Assembly (NCBI GenBank): GCA_963712115.1
Contig: CAVQGX010000032.1
Coordinates: 107,761 to 171,760, forward strand
Source of the DNA: an uncultured delta proteobacterium
GTDB lineage: Bacteria; Desulfobacterota; Syntrophobacteria; BM002
Direction of reading: 5' to 3'
DNA: 64,000 nucleotides
Under the pieces are notes generated by a model. It saw only the letters and a program-made list of their open reading frames with translations. It searched no databases and was not told the origin of the DNA. Below, piece by piece: positions 18,587 through 28,131 of the stretch. The stretch's first letter is position 1. Each line of letters starts with the position of its first letter. The translations under genes were made by a program, and so were the position numbers.

Positions 18587-19497
18587 ACTTTCTCCCCCAA
18601 TATTTGCCCTATGAGACCCGAGGGTTTGAAAATTATAACTAAGATCATAACAGCATAAGAAATGCCGTCCCGATAGGAGGAGGAAAGATAGCCTGCTCCT
18701 AGAACCTCTGCTATCCCCAAGACACCTCCACCTAGCATGGCTCCCGGCACACTGCCAATGCCTCCGAGCACCGCTGCAGCGAAAGCCTTTACTCCCGCAA
18801 TGTACCCCATAGTGGGGAAGATGGCGTTATAGTAAAGGCCAACAAGTATTCCGGCCATACCTCCCATGGCCGAGCCGATGGCGAAAGTAAAAGAGATGAC
18901 TCTGTTGACTCCTATGCCCATGAGGGCGGAGGTAACCTTGTCCTGCGAAATGGCACGCATGGCCATGCCCACTTTGGTCTTGTGAATAATGAGGTGCAAA
19001 ATGAGCATAAAGATTACGGTGACTGAAAGGATGAAGACCTGGAGCCAAGTCAAGGAAACATCCCCCACAGTGAGTGCCGCTTTGTAGAATACGGTGGGCA
19101 GGACGTCTCGCGGGAAGGACTTAATCTGGGACCCCCAAATGAGCAAGGCAAGATTCTGGAGGAAAATGGACATGCCAATAGCAGTAATCAAGGCCGCTAA
19201 TCTCGGTGCTGTTCGCAGTGGGCGATAAGCGACATAGTCTAAAATAACTCCAAAAACAGCGCAGATCAAAAGCGTCGTCAGGAACGCCACAAAAAACGGC
19301 AGCCGCAATACGCTCACCTGAGTGTAAGCCAGAAAGGCCCCCAACATGTAAATCTCGCCGTGGGCAAAATTTATCAGCTGGATCACTCCATAGACCATGG
19401 TGTAGCCCACAGCAATAAGAGCATAAACCCCACCCAAAGTGATGCCGTTGACCATTTGCTGGAGAAAAAGGCTTGATATGTCCAGAAGGTTTTCCAC
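18583..19497 (-). CDS. livH: Branched-chain amino acid ABC transporter permease
   Basis: NGITLG..YALIAVGYTMVYG...LINFAHGE, KAFAAAVLGGIGS.PGA. Confidence 0.95.
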   Translation of the reverse strand: MENLLDISSLFLQQMVNGITLGGVYALIAVGYTMVYGVIQLINFAHGEIYMLGAFLAYTQVSVLRLPFFVAFLTTLLICAVFGVILDYVAYRPLRTAPRLAALITAIGMSIFLQNLALLIWGSQIKSFPRDVLPTVFYKAALTVGDVSLTWLQVFILSVTVIFMLILHLIIHKTKVGMAMRAISQDKVTSALMGIGVNRVISFTFAIGSAMGGMAGILVGLYYNAIFPTMGYIAGVKAFAAAVLGGIGSVPGAMLGGGVLGIAEVLGAGYLSSSYRDGISYAVMILVIIFKPSGLIGQILGEKV

Positions 19498-19511
19498 TGA
19501 AAGACCTCGAC

Positions 19512-19718
19512 TTAACCCGGATATTTCATGAATTGCTGTCGCGAGACCGCGCAGATGGGCGTGCCACCTGGCAACCGTCCCGCGCTACCGCGGGATTGGC
19601 TCCGAGGCGTACCTGAACGGTACGTCGCAGGGACCGACACCCGAGGACGCCAGGAAGGACGGCAATATCCGCGGTCGCAGTCACGCCAGGGCGTGAATTC
19701 ATGAAATATCCTGGTTAA
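19512..19718. mobile_element. MITE family A, copy 1 (shortest)
   Basis: Terminal inverted repeats TTAACCCGGATATTTCATGAA...TTCATGAAATATCCTGGTTAA; the core is shared with 35008-35284 and 40498-40828. Confidence 0.85.
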
Positions 19719-19749
19719 AAAAGGGCAGGCCAAATATTGACCTGCCCTT
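19717..19749 (-). terminator. Stem-loop or terminator after the binding-protein gene
   Basis: AAGGGCAGG-loop-CCTGCCCTT followed by a T run on the minus strand. Confidence 0.7.
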
Positions 19750-19768
19750 CAGCCAAATCCTCTAGCGC

Positions 19769-20884
19769 CTATTGCAGTTGCTCTTTAGAGCTAACCCACT
19801 TGCCATTTTTGATCTCCTTGATAAAGGCGGCTTTGAGGCAATCACCGTTTTCGTCAAAGTAGGTCTTGCCTGTAACTCCCACATAAGCCTTATCTAGGGA
19901 GTTGATCCCTGCCAGATAGGCCTGGATCTTTTCTCGGTCCATGCCTACTGCCTTGATGGCTTCCGCTGCCATGCCCACCGCATCGTAAGTGTTCGCGGCA
20001 AACCAGTTGGGATCCTTCCCGTAAACCCGCTTGTAAGATTCGATGAACTGAGCGGCCTGCGGCCCTGCCTTGTCCGGCAAAAATGGTGTGGTGACAAAGA
20101 GTCCCTCGGCGTCGGGATTCTTGACCATAAGGTCGTCGTCAAGACCGTCAGCCCCAAACATACCAACCTTCAAACCTAGACTGATCGCCTGGCTAGCAAT
20201 AAGGGTTCCCTGGGGCGCGTAGCCCGGAATGAATATGGCATCCGGCTTCATCATCTTAAACTTGGTGAGCTGGGGCTTGAAGTCAGTGGTGTCTGAAGTG
20301 TAGGCCTCAGTTCCAATTATTTTAATACCCCGCTTTATTGCCTCTTTCATAAAAGCGCTCATCAAGCCCATGGAGTAATCGTTTACCTCATAGAATATGG
20401 CTATGCGGTTGAAACCTTTCGCTTCAGCCACATAGCGGGCAAGAAACGCCCCCTGGAAGTCGTCCCTGTAGACGTTACGGAAGTAGTATGGGCTCATCTT
20501 GCCTATATCCACATTGGTGGACGCCGGAGAGATGGCCGACAGTTTGGCCTCCCGGTAAACTGGTAGGGCAGCTAGTGTGGCCGAACTGCAGAGATGCCCA
20601 ACAACTATAACCACCTCTGGGTCGTTGGCTAACTTAGTGGCCACAGTGGCTGCTTCCTTGGGGTCACACAACTCGTCTTCCAAGACAACCTTCACCGTCT
20701 TGCCGTTGATTCCCCCGGCAGCGTTTATCTCGGAAGCCTTGAGGGCAGCACCGTTTTTCACCCCTTCACCGAATGAGGCCAGCTGGCCAGTGAAAGGTGA
20801 AGCCACTGGGATCTTGATGGTGTCCGCCCACGCCACTCCGGTGACAAGCCCCAAAACTAGAACTGCGCACAACAATTTCCTCAT
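19769..20884 (-). CDS. Branched-chain amino acid ABC transporter substrate-binding protein (LivK/LivJ family)
   Basis: Signal peptide, INAAGGING, DELCDPKEA, VGHLCSSAT, ISPAST. Confidence 0.92.
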   Translation of the reverse strand: MRKLLCAVLVLGLVTGVAWADTIKIPVASPFTGQLASFGEGVKNGAALKASEINAAGGINGKTVKVVLEDELCDPKEAATVATKLANDPEVVIVVGHLCSSATLAALPVYREAKLSAISPASTNVDIGKMSPYYFRNVYRDDFQGAFLARYVAEAKGFNRIAIFYEVNDYSMGLMSAFMKEAIKRGIKIIGTEAYTSDTTDFKPQLTKFKMMKPDAIFIPGYAPQGTLIASQAISLGLKVGMFGADGLDDDLMVKNPDAEGLFVTTPFLPDKAGPQAAQFIESYKRVYGKDPNWFAANTYDAVGMAAEAIKAVGMDREKIQAYLAGINSLDKAYVGVTGKTYFDENGDCLKAAFIKEIKNGKWVSSKEQLQ

Positions 20885-21070
20885 GATACCCTCCTTCTCC
20901 TAAGATGCTCTAATCTTTTCCCCTTTAAGATCCATCGAAACGAATCACTCTGTTTATAAACAAATGGATCTCGCTTTTCCAGCGGACTCAACAGATAGTC
21001 CATAACAAAAAGAAAAACCAGGTGTCAAATAAAAACCCGACTAATCCCATTGAATTGAAATATTTCCGGG

Positions 21071-22195
21071 CTAGGGATTTACTGTGGTTACGTAGTTGAA
21101 TTTGCCATCTTTCACTCTGGTAACGACCAGGCTCTTCACCGTTTTGCCATCCTCTTCAATTTTGATGGCACCGGTAACCCCTCTGTAGTTTTTCATTCCA
21201 GTTAAAGCGGCTCTTATCTCGGATCCCTCCGTGGACTTGGCCCTCCCAATCGCCCCAGTGAGAATAAAATAGGCATCCGCACCTAGAGCACCAAAACTAT
21301 CAGCGTCCCTCTCGTATTTCTTCTTGAACTTGGCAACAAACCTTTGACCCAGATTGGTGCTTACCGCTTCCAGGCTAAAGTGAGACGTAAGGTACACACC
21401 TTCCACGGCCTTTCCACCATCTTTTATGAGTTCCGGTACATGGGCTCCGTCGGCCATAAGAATCGGTACTTTTATTCCCAGTTCCTTGATTTGCTTGGCT
21501 AACAGAGCATCTTCAGTGTAATAGTTCGGCGCGTATATAATGTCCGGATTGGCAGCATTCACCTCAGAAAGTTGACTTCTAAAATCACGGTCACCTGTCT
21601 GGATATAGGCTGTAATAAGCACCTTGCCGCCCATTTCCCCGAAGGCTTTCAGGAAGAGATTCCCCAAGCCGACGCTATAATCTGCCTGGGCGATGTCGAC
21701 GATCACTGCCGCTGTCCCGGCACCCATTGCTATCCTGGCCTGCCTGGCAGCGGCCTGACTTTGGAAGGAATCATCGAAGCAAGCTCGAAACACATATTTT
21801 TTGTCCCGGGTAACCAGGAGATTGGTGGCAGAAGGTGAAATCATTGGAATCCCGTACTTTTCAGCAATGGAGCCTCCGGCTAAGGCATCTGCACTTGTTG
21901 CCCCACCTATGATACCCACTACTTTATGTTCTTTAATTAACCTTTCTACAGCATCTGCTGCTTCAGTTTGGTCACTTTTGCTGTCCTCCAGCACCAGTTT
22001 GATTTTCCGTCCCAAGACCTTATCTGTCATATTGTGCGCTGTCTGAATGCCAAGCCACTCCATCTGGCCAAAGGCAGCAACACTACCAGTCATGGGTAAG
22101 AAAACGCCGATATTAATTGGCTCTTGCGCAGCGGCCGTAAGATTCTGAAAAACCACCAGGGCCAAGAGGAGAGCAATCTGGATCGCTCTTTTCAT
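21071..22195 (-). CDS. ABC transporter substrate-binding protein (LivK-like)
   Basis: Signal peptide MKRAIQIALLLAL, IGVFLPMTG, ISPSATN, VFRACF.D.FQ. Confidence 0.9.
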   Translation of the reverse strand: MKRAIQIALLLALVVFQNLTAAAQEPINIGVFLPMTGSVAAFGQMEWLGIQTAHNMTDKVLGRKIKLVLEDSKSDQTEAADAVERLIKEHKVVGIIGGATSADALAGGSIAEKYGIPMISPSATNLLVTRDKKYVFRACFDDSFQSQAAARQARIAMGAGTAAVIVDIAQADYSVGLGNLFLKAFGEMGGKVLITAYIQTGDRDFRSQLSEVNAANPDIIYAPNYYTEDALLAKQIKELGIKVPILMADGAHVPELIKDGGKAVEGVYLTSHFSLEAVSTNLGQRFVAKFKKKYERDADSFGALGADAYFILTGAIGRAKSTEGSEIRAALTGMKNYRGVTGAIKIEEDGKTVKSLVVTRVKDGKFNYVTTVNP

Positions 22196-22603
22196 TTTCC
22201 ATTGTCCGTCAATTAGGATGGGAAACAACAGTAGCCAAAACCTATCCCTACAAACTTCTTCAGCTGAATATGGCAATATCTACTGAGAAAAACAAAGGCA
22301 GAAAAGGGTTGGTTCTCCCCACCCCAAGAGTAGCCCATTGAGACATGGACGATCCACAGGTAAGGAGTCTCAGATTAGAGTTAACCCGAGCGCTGTCCCC
22401 AGTGAAATGAGTAAAACTATCACAAGCTGTGCGATGGTGTCAATCTGCGCAGCGCCTTGCGCGAAGCGCTCCCCGCTTCGCGCTACGAGACGGGAGGTCG
22501 GGCGAGACGGGAAGTCTGGTATATTTAATAAACCTCGTCTCGCTCGTCTCGCCCGTCTCGCAATTAATCGTGCTAGTTCCTAGCCGTACAGACTTCCCGC
22601 TCC

Positions 22604-23863
22604 CTACTTCTCACCTCTCAGTGCAACGGGAAACTCTATGGTCGGTGGCTTCGCCGGTCTCAGTCGTCCATTGTGGATTTCAGCCACAAAAAAAGGCCTT
22701 TGACTCGCACCGTCCTCTTTAAAGAAAACCGGACCACCTAGCCCACTAAATGATTTGCCTGGACCAGAAATTTTCCTTATTGCGCTAACAAAACTAGTCC
22801 TCTCAGGTCCTGAGCGGCTCAACACTTCCAAGGCCAACCGCATGGAGTCGTAACCGGCAACAGCGATCCAGTCAGGACTTCGCTTACTGAATTGCTCGAA
22901 CCTCAGGACAAATTCGGACTTCTGCGGATCCTCTCTGTCAAGGAGAATGGGCTGGCACACAAGCAGCCCCTCGGCTGCCTGGCCGGCCATTTCATAGAAA
23001 TCGAGGCCTGCGAACTTATCCGGCCCTAAGACCGCACCACCCATGCTCTGTCGCCGATGTTCAATCAAGAATAAGCTGGCAGCTTTTGGCAAGGCTGCGA
23101 GGAAAATAGCTTCAGGTCTTGCGCTTTTAAGAAGTCTCACAACCCGTGAAGTTTCATCCGGTTCAGGATTGGCTGAAATATTTTCAACCAACTCTAAGCC
23201 CAGACGTTTAGCTTCACCAACGAAAAAACTGCCGAGCAAGTTACCGAAGATGGAGCCATCACTGAATATTGCAACTCGGGTGAGGCCAAGCCCTATTTTC
23301 GCATAGGCAGCAAGAAACGCCCCTTGCTCACCATCCCCATATAATAGAGGGAACAGATGACGGCTCTCGTCACTCCTTATATAGTCAGCGGAGACAGTGG
23401 GATTGATCAGCGCCAGGTGTGCTTTCCTATAAATCGGCAGCACCGCATGAATAGTCTCTGGGCATAAATAGCCAATCACCGCGCTTATTGAGGCGTCGGC
23501 CGCAATTCGCTCGGCAAGGGGAATAGCGCTGCCAGCATCGCAAGGTGATTGGTACACGATCATTTCTACCTTGTGGTCGGTTACTCGGCCCCCAGCTTCC
23601 TCAATTGCCATTAACGTGCCTAATCGTAGCATTTCACCCTCGTCCTGTAAGGGACCATTGCCCGTTACCACCACTGCAATCCTCGCCGGACCTCTCCACT
23701 GTTTCTTTTCCTCTTGCTTACCGCAGTACAAAAGGAGCGCACTCATTATGACGAGCAGGGCAAGTCGAGCCAAAACGGCGACACGGCGACGGGAAGAGAG
23801 GGAGATGAAATGGATAAAGTATTTGATCAATAAAGAACTTTCCCTGAAATAAATCTTTTTCAC
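22604..23863 (-). CDS. Divergent LivK-like substrate-binding lipoprotein
   Basis: LLLYC lipobox-like motif, AVIGYLC, QGAFLAAY, GYDSMRL; start uncertain. Confidence 0.75.
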   Translation of the reverse strand: MKKIYFRESSLLIKYFIHFISLSSRRRVAVLARLALLVIMSALLLYCGKQEEKKQWRGPARIAVVVTGNGPLQDEGEMLRLGTLMAIEEAGGRVTDHKVEMIVYQSPCDAGSAIPLAERIAADASISAVIGYLCPETIHAVLPIYRKAHLALINPTVSADYIRSDESRHLFPLLYGDGEQGAFLAAYAKIGLGLTRVAIFSDGSIFGNLLGSFFVGEAKRLGLELVENISANPEPDETSRVVRLLKSARPEAIFLAALPKAASLFLIEHRRQSMGGAVLGPDKFAGLDFYEMAGQAAEGLLVCQPILLDREDPQKSEFVLRFEQFSKRSPDWIAVAGYDSMRLALEVLSRSGPERTSFVSAIRKISGPGKSFSGLGGPVFFKEDGASQRPFFVAEIHNGRLRPAKPPTIEFPVALRGEK

Positions 23864-23898
23864 CGCGTCTCCGACTCGCAGAAGCCCAGCCTCATACC

Positions 23899-25281
23899 TT
23901 AGCCGCGCCTCCTTCTCCTCTTAGCCTTCCCCTTTTCTCTGCCTCGAAAAATCAAGCGCACGGGGGTCAGGTCAAGTGAGAAGGCTTTTCGAATCTGGTT
24001 TGTTAGATAGCGTTGGTAGGAAAAGTGCATTGCTTCTGGGTAACTGACGAACAGCACAAAGGTTGGTGGCTGAGAGGACACCTGGGCTCCATATAAAATC
24101 TTAGTCCGACGCCTGCCATGCATGGGCGGTTCGTGGCGAGAAACTGCCGCCGTTAGGACGTCATTGACTGCCGAGGTTTGCACCCTTGTGCAATATTGGG
24201 AGAACACCAGGTTCAAAGTGGGCAGCAAGGTTGACACCCCCTTTCCCGTCAAGGCAGACATCCTCAATTGAGGAGCATAGGGCATGAATTTTAACGCCTC
24301 ATTTACAGATTGGGTGATTTCGGCCACCCTATTAGGATCTTGCTGCACTAGATCCCATTTGTTGATTACCACAACCCCACCGCGGCCCCGTTCATGAATA
24401 TATCCGGCGATACGCACATCCTGGGCGGTGACACCCTCTGAACCGTCAAGGAGCAAGACCGCAACCTGACATCGGTCAATACTCTTCAAAGCCTTGAGTA
24501 CGCTAAATTTCTCGATTTTATCCCGAGTCTTGCTGCGCCTGCGAATCCCAGGCGTGTCGATTAGTACGTATGCTTGATCATTTAAAGTGACACTCACGTC
24601 GATAGCGTCCCTGGTCGTGCCAGGTAAATCGCTCACCAGGACACGTTCAGAACCCATAATACGATTGAGTAGAGAAGACTTCCCTACGTTCGGCCTGCCA
24701 ATGATTGCCACTCTGATCCCTTTCGCCGCTTCTTCCTCAGTGGTCTCTGGAGGAAGCATCTCCACCAGAGTGTCCATCATATCCCTGACGCCATAACCGT
24801 GAGCAGCAGAAATGGGGAAAAACTTCTCTACCCCGAGTCCGTAGAACTCATAACTAGCGTTTTCTTGTTCTGGACCGTCTATTTTGTTGACTCCATAAAG
24901 AACCGGCTTGCCGGACCGACGCAAGAGATCCACAACCGTGGCATCACCAGAATGTAACCCCTCTTTACCGTCAGCCAGAAAAATCACCAAATCTGCCTCC
25001 TCAAGCGCCATTTGTGCTTGCTGACGAACTTGCATCTGAAGGGGGGGCTGGCCTGTCTCTTCTTCTATTCCACCAGTATCCACCAGACAGAACGACCGAT
25101 CCCCCCAGGTTACTTGAGCAATTAACCGATCGCGGGTGATTCCGGGTGTGCCATCTACTATTGCCCGGCGATCCCTGCAGAGCCGATTGAATAAGGTCGA
25201 TTTTCCCACATTGGGCCGACCCACTATGGCAACGATGGGAATAACGCTGGAACCGGTGTTATTTGTTTGTGCCTCTTCCAT
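23899..25281 (-). CDS. der: Ribosome biogenesis GTPase Der (EngA)
   Basis: Two GRPNVGKS P-loops, DTGG and DTPG, NKID and NKWD. Confidence 0.98.
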   Translation of the reverse strand: MEEAQTNNTGSSVIPIVAIVGRPNVGKSTLFNRLCRDRRAIVDGTPGITRDRLIAQVTWGDRSFCLVDTGGIEEETGQPPLQMQVRQQAQMALEEADLVIFLADGKEGLHSGDATVVDLLRRSGKPVLYGVNKIDGPEQENASYEFYGLGVEKFFPISAAHGYGVRDMMDTLVEMLPPETTEEEAAKGIRVAIIGRPNVGKSSLLNRIMGSERVLVSDLPGTTRDAIDVSVTLNDQAYVLIDTPGIRRRSKTRDKIEKFSVLKALKSIDRCQVAVLLLDGSEGVTAQDVRIAGYIHERGRGGVVVINKWDLVQQDPNRVAEITQSVNEALKFMPYAPQLRMSALTGKGVSTLLPTLNLVFSQYCTRVQTSAVNDVLTAAVSRHEPPMHGRRRTKILYGAQVSSQPPTFVLFVSYPEAMHFSYQRYLTNQIRKAFSLDLTPVRLIFRGREKGKAKRRRRRG

Positions 25282-25404
25282 CTCATTTCACATTTCGTAT
25301 TTCACATCTATCATTTATCATTTTCTTTAAGGGCGAGTTCTGGTCTCCTCTCTGAATCTGCAATGACATAATGACCAATGAGAGATGAGAAATGATAAAT
25401 GGCG

Positions 25405-26496
25405 CTATGCGCCTGGCGCTTGGCGCTCTGCGCTCTGTGCTTCTCTCTCTAACCTAGTCGCCACTTTGGCTACCGCCTCGTCGCTCTGGTTATTCACCAG
25501 ATCTGCCAAACTTTGGTAATCCGAAGGTGATGGTTCTGTTAGCAGCCTCTTCAAGCTCCTCCAAGCTGGCATGATGTATTGGGCAAAATGCGGCCTTCCT
25601 TTTCTCTTCGTCAGAAAGGAAAAGGCGGCGAGAATCTGTAGGTTACGGCACAGTGCCACATGGGAAAATCTGTACATAAACTCGTCGACCGACATTCCGG
25701 CCAACTCACTTAATTTCCTGCTGTGTAATCTCAGTAACTCATTTTGGATGGACTCCGGCAATTGCACGTAGGGATCTAAAAGCAGCGACGCCAGATCATA
25801 CTGGGGAGGACCTAAGCGAGCTCCCTGAAAATCGATTAGGTAAATGAGATCACCTTTTACCATTAAATTGCGGGACTGAAAATCTCGATGCATAAAAAAA
25901 GGTTGGCCTCCCACCTCCCCTGCCCTGGATGCTAAAAGGGAAAAGTCACCCTCCAGATAAGCCAAATCTATTTCGAGTTCAAGTGCCCCCTCCAAAAAAC
26001 TCGAGCGAAAGTATTCCAACTCTCGCCTGATGATGAATGGTGGGTCGTAAACAGGGGCTTCGAAACAATAGCTAGTGTCCAGACCCAGAGTGGCTTCTGT
26101 TTGCATCCTGATAAGCAATTCTACCGCCTGGCGATACAAACCAATCAATCTTTCATCAGCTGATTGCACTGCATCTTGCAGATGGACCGGGCCCAAGTCC
26201 TCCAAGAGAGTCAATCCCTCGGTCGGCGAATAGCCATAAATCTCAGGTACGGGGATCCCTTTCTCGAGCAGGTGTTTGCCCATGTACACGTAAGAGTCAT
26301 TCTCATTGGGAAACCGTTGATCTTCAAGGGGGCTCCACACTAACACCAGGCTTACTTTCCTGTCAGACACGCGATAGAAAGAACGCTCAGAACCATCACC
26401 GTGAAGTGGTTCCCAGCGGAAAGGTCCGCTCAATTCGGTGATCTCCCGAATCAGCTTCTCAGCGCTGTTTTTAGGAAAACTCGCTCGCCTTGGCAA
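25405..26496 (-). CDS. APH-family phosphotransferase, AmgK-like anomeric MurNAc/GlcNAc kinase
   Basis: GDGSERSFYR, LLEDLG, HRDFQSRNLM, IDFQGARLGP.QYDLASLL.DPY; next to a nucleotidyltransferase and nagZ. Confidence 0.82.
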   Translation of the reverse strand: MPRRASFPKNSAEKLIREITELSGPFRWEPLHGDGSERSFYRVSDRKVSLVLVWSPLEDQRFPNENDSYVYMGKHLLEKGIPVPEIYGYSPTEGLTLLEDLGPVHLQDAVQSADERLIGLYRQAVELLIRMQTEATLGLDTSYCFEAPVYDPPFIIRRELEYFRSSFLEGALELEIDLAYLEGDFSLLASRAGEVGGQPFFMHRDFQSRNLMVKGDLIYLIDFQGARLGPPQYDLASLLLDPYVQLPESIQNELLRLHSRKLSELAGMSVDEFMYRFSHVALCRNLQILAAFSFLTKRKGRPHFAQYIMPAWRSLKRLLTEPSPSDYQSLADLVNNQSDEAVAKVATRLEREAQSAERQAPGA

Positions 26497-26534
26497 AATT
26501 AAATACTCCTTTTTCCTAATAGTGCATACTGTCC

Positions 26535-26753
26535 CTGGAGTGTTGGAGCATTCAAAATATCAAATTCCTAACACCAAATCTCAGGGCTTTAGGTGTCAGG
26601 TTTCAGGTGTCAGGAGAAAAGACACAAGTGCTGAAACCTGTCGAAGATCCCGTCTGAAGCGAAGCGGCAGCGGGGAACACTGAACACTGAAACCTCAGTC
26701 GTTGTGACTTGGCATTTGGAACTTTTAGTCACTCTGGTACTCCAGTACTCCAG
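26535..26753. repeat. Three nested inverted short-period repeat arrays plus a REP-like insert
   Basis: The pairs TGGAG/CTCCA, CAAAT/ATTTG and TCAGG/CCTGA are arranged concentrically. Confidence 0.75.
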
Positions 26754-26770
26754 CTTTTTACTGCCTGCTG

Positions 26771-27745
26771 CTAGCTGCCCGCTGTAAGCTTTACCCTGCC
26801 CGCTTTCCCGACAACCACTCCTTCAAGGGACTCCGTGACCACCATTCCATCACCTATTATGCTTCTTCGGATTGAGCAGCCAGTTTCAACCTTAACCTGA
26901 TCCCAGATAACGCTTTCTTTAATTACTACGTCACTATCCACCTCACAGTCCCGTCCAATACAAACCATGCCATTAAGCCTGGTATCGGACCTTAGACGAG
27001 CTGATTCGTGAACAACCGGTTTCCCACCCACTTTAAGTCCTTGAAATGGAGCTTCTCGTAGTTGGAAGAGCTCTTGATGAACCTGAAGGTATCTCTCCAG
27101 ACTGCCCAACTCTCGCCAGTATTGCTCCTTGACCACATGTGCCATCACCTTTTTGCCCCTGGAAATTAGCTGCAAATAACAGTCAATGATGGATATTGGA
27201 CTATCAGCGGGAATAATAGCGAGGACTTCTGGGTTCAGAACATGAATGCCGGTAAAGGCCAGGTGTTTCTCAGGTCCACCACTGAAACTGAGGATACGGC
27301 CATCTTCGGCCACCTGGACCCGGTTAAAGCGAGGTTCATCCTTCAGTACCAGGGTGACCATGGCACCGGAACTTTCGTGCTTAAGGCAAACCTCCCTGAG
27401 ATCAATGGAACTCAGAATATCACCATTTATAACCACAAAAGGCCGTTCATCCCAGAAATCGGCGACATTGCGGATTCCCCCCCCTGTGCCTAAGAGTACT
27501 TTTTCCACCTGTACATGCACAGGAATGGGAAAATTCGCCCTCTGAACCGAATCAACAAGTTCATCACTGAGATGATGGGCATTTATAATTACTTCCTCAG
27601 CACCGGCTCCGCAGAGATATTCTAGCAGCCAGTGCAATAGAGGCCGGTTCTGTATTGGAATCAACACCTTAGGCCTGCCATGCGTCAAAGGCCGTAGGCG
27701 CGTTGCCAGGCCAGCCGCTAGAATCATCGCCTTGAAAGATTTCAT
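26771..27745 (-). CDS. Sugar-phosphate nucleotidyltransferase (MurU/GMPP-like)
   Basis: KAMILAAGL.TRLRPLT..RPK, LGTGGGI, VINGDIL; C-terminal hexapeptide-like repeats. Confidence 0.85.
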   Translation of the reverse strand: MKSFKAMILAAGLATRLRPLTHGRPKVLIPIQNRPLLHWLLEYLCGAGAEEVIINAHHLSDELVDSVQRANFPIPVHVQVEKVLLGTGGGIRNVADFWDERPFVVINGDILSSIDLREVCLKHESSGAMVTLVLKDEPRFNRVQVAEDGRILSFSGGPEKHLAFTGIHVLNPEVLAIIPADSPISIIDCYLQLISRGKKVMAHVVKEQYWRELGSLERYLQVHQELFQLREAPFQGLKVGGKPVVHESARLRSDTRLNGMVCIGRDCEVDSDVVIKESVIWDQVKVETGCSIRRSIIGDGMVVTESLEGVVVGKAGRVKLTAGS

Positions 27746-27920
27746 CTCTCACTCAGCCTAAGAGGGTTAAATCTTACCACTGGACAAACAGCTTTTTGTA
27801 TATAATGATTCTCTGCGTCATATAGCAGATGTTGTCCACAGGAGCAAATCTGTAAAGTACCATGGTAATTTCTAGACGGTTATGTTATCAATCTGCGTCA
27901 AATCTTTAGCCTGAGTCTTT

Positions 27921-28088
27921 AAATCCGAATATCGAAATGCGAAACAATATCGAAATCCCAATTTTCAAATATCAAAACAGTATTTTACTTAAGTAAACTG
28001 ATCCAAGAAAAAGACTCACGCTCTTTTGAATTTCGGATTTTGGACATTTGAATTTGTTTAGGATTTCGTGCTTCGGATTTCGAATTTT
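27921..28088. repeat. Inverted pair of degenerate heptamer arrays (AAATNCG / CGNATTT)
   Basis: aaatccg aatatcg aaatgcg ... versus tttcgga ttttgga ... tcggatt tcgaatt. Confidence 0.8.
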
Positions 28089-28131
28089 CGGACTGGTCTT
28101 CAGGCTCGCAAGCCCGTTGATTGGATGCCAA

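Noticed and set aside
28048-28131. N-terminal extension of NagZ in the ORF track
   Set aside because: Encoded by the heptamer array; the ATG at 28132 fits the family start better.
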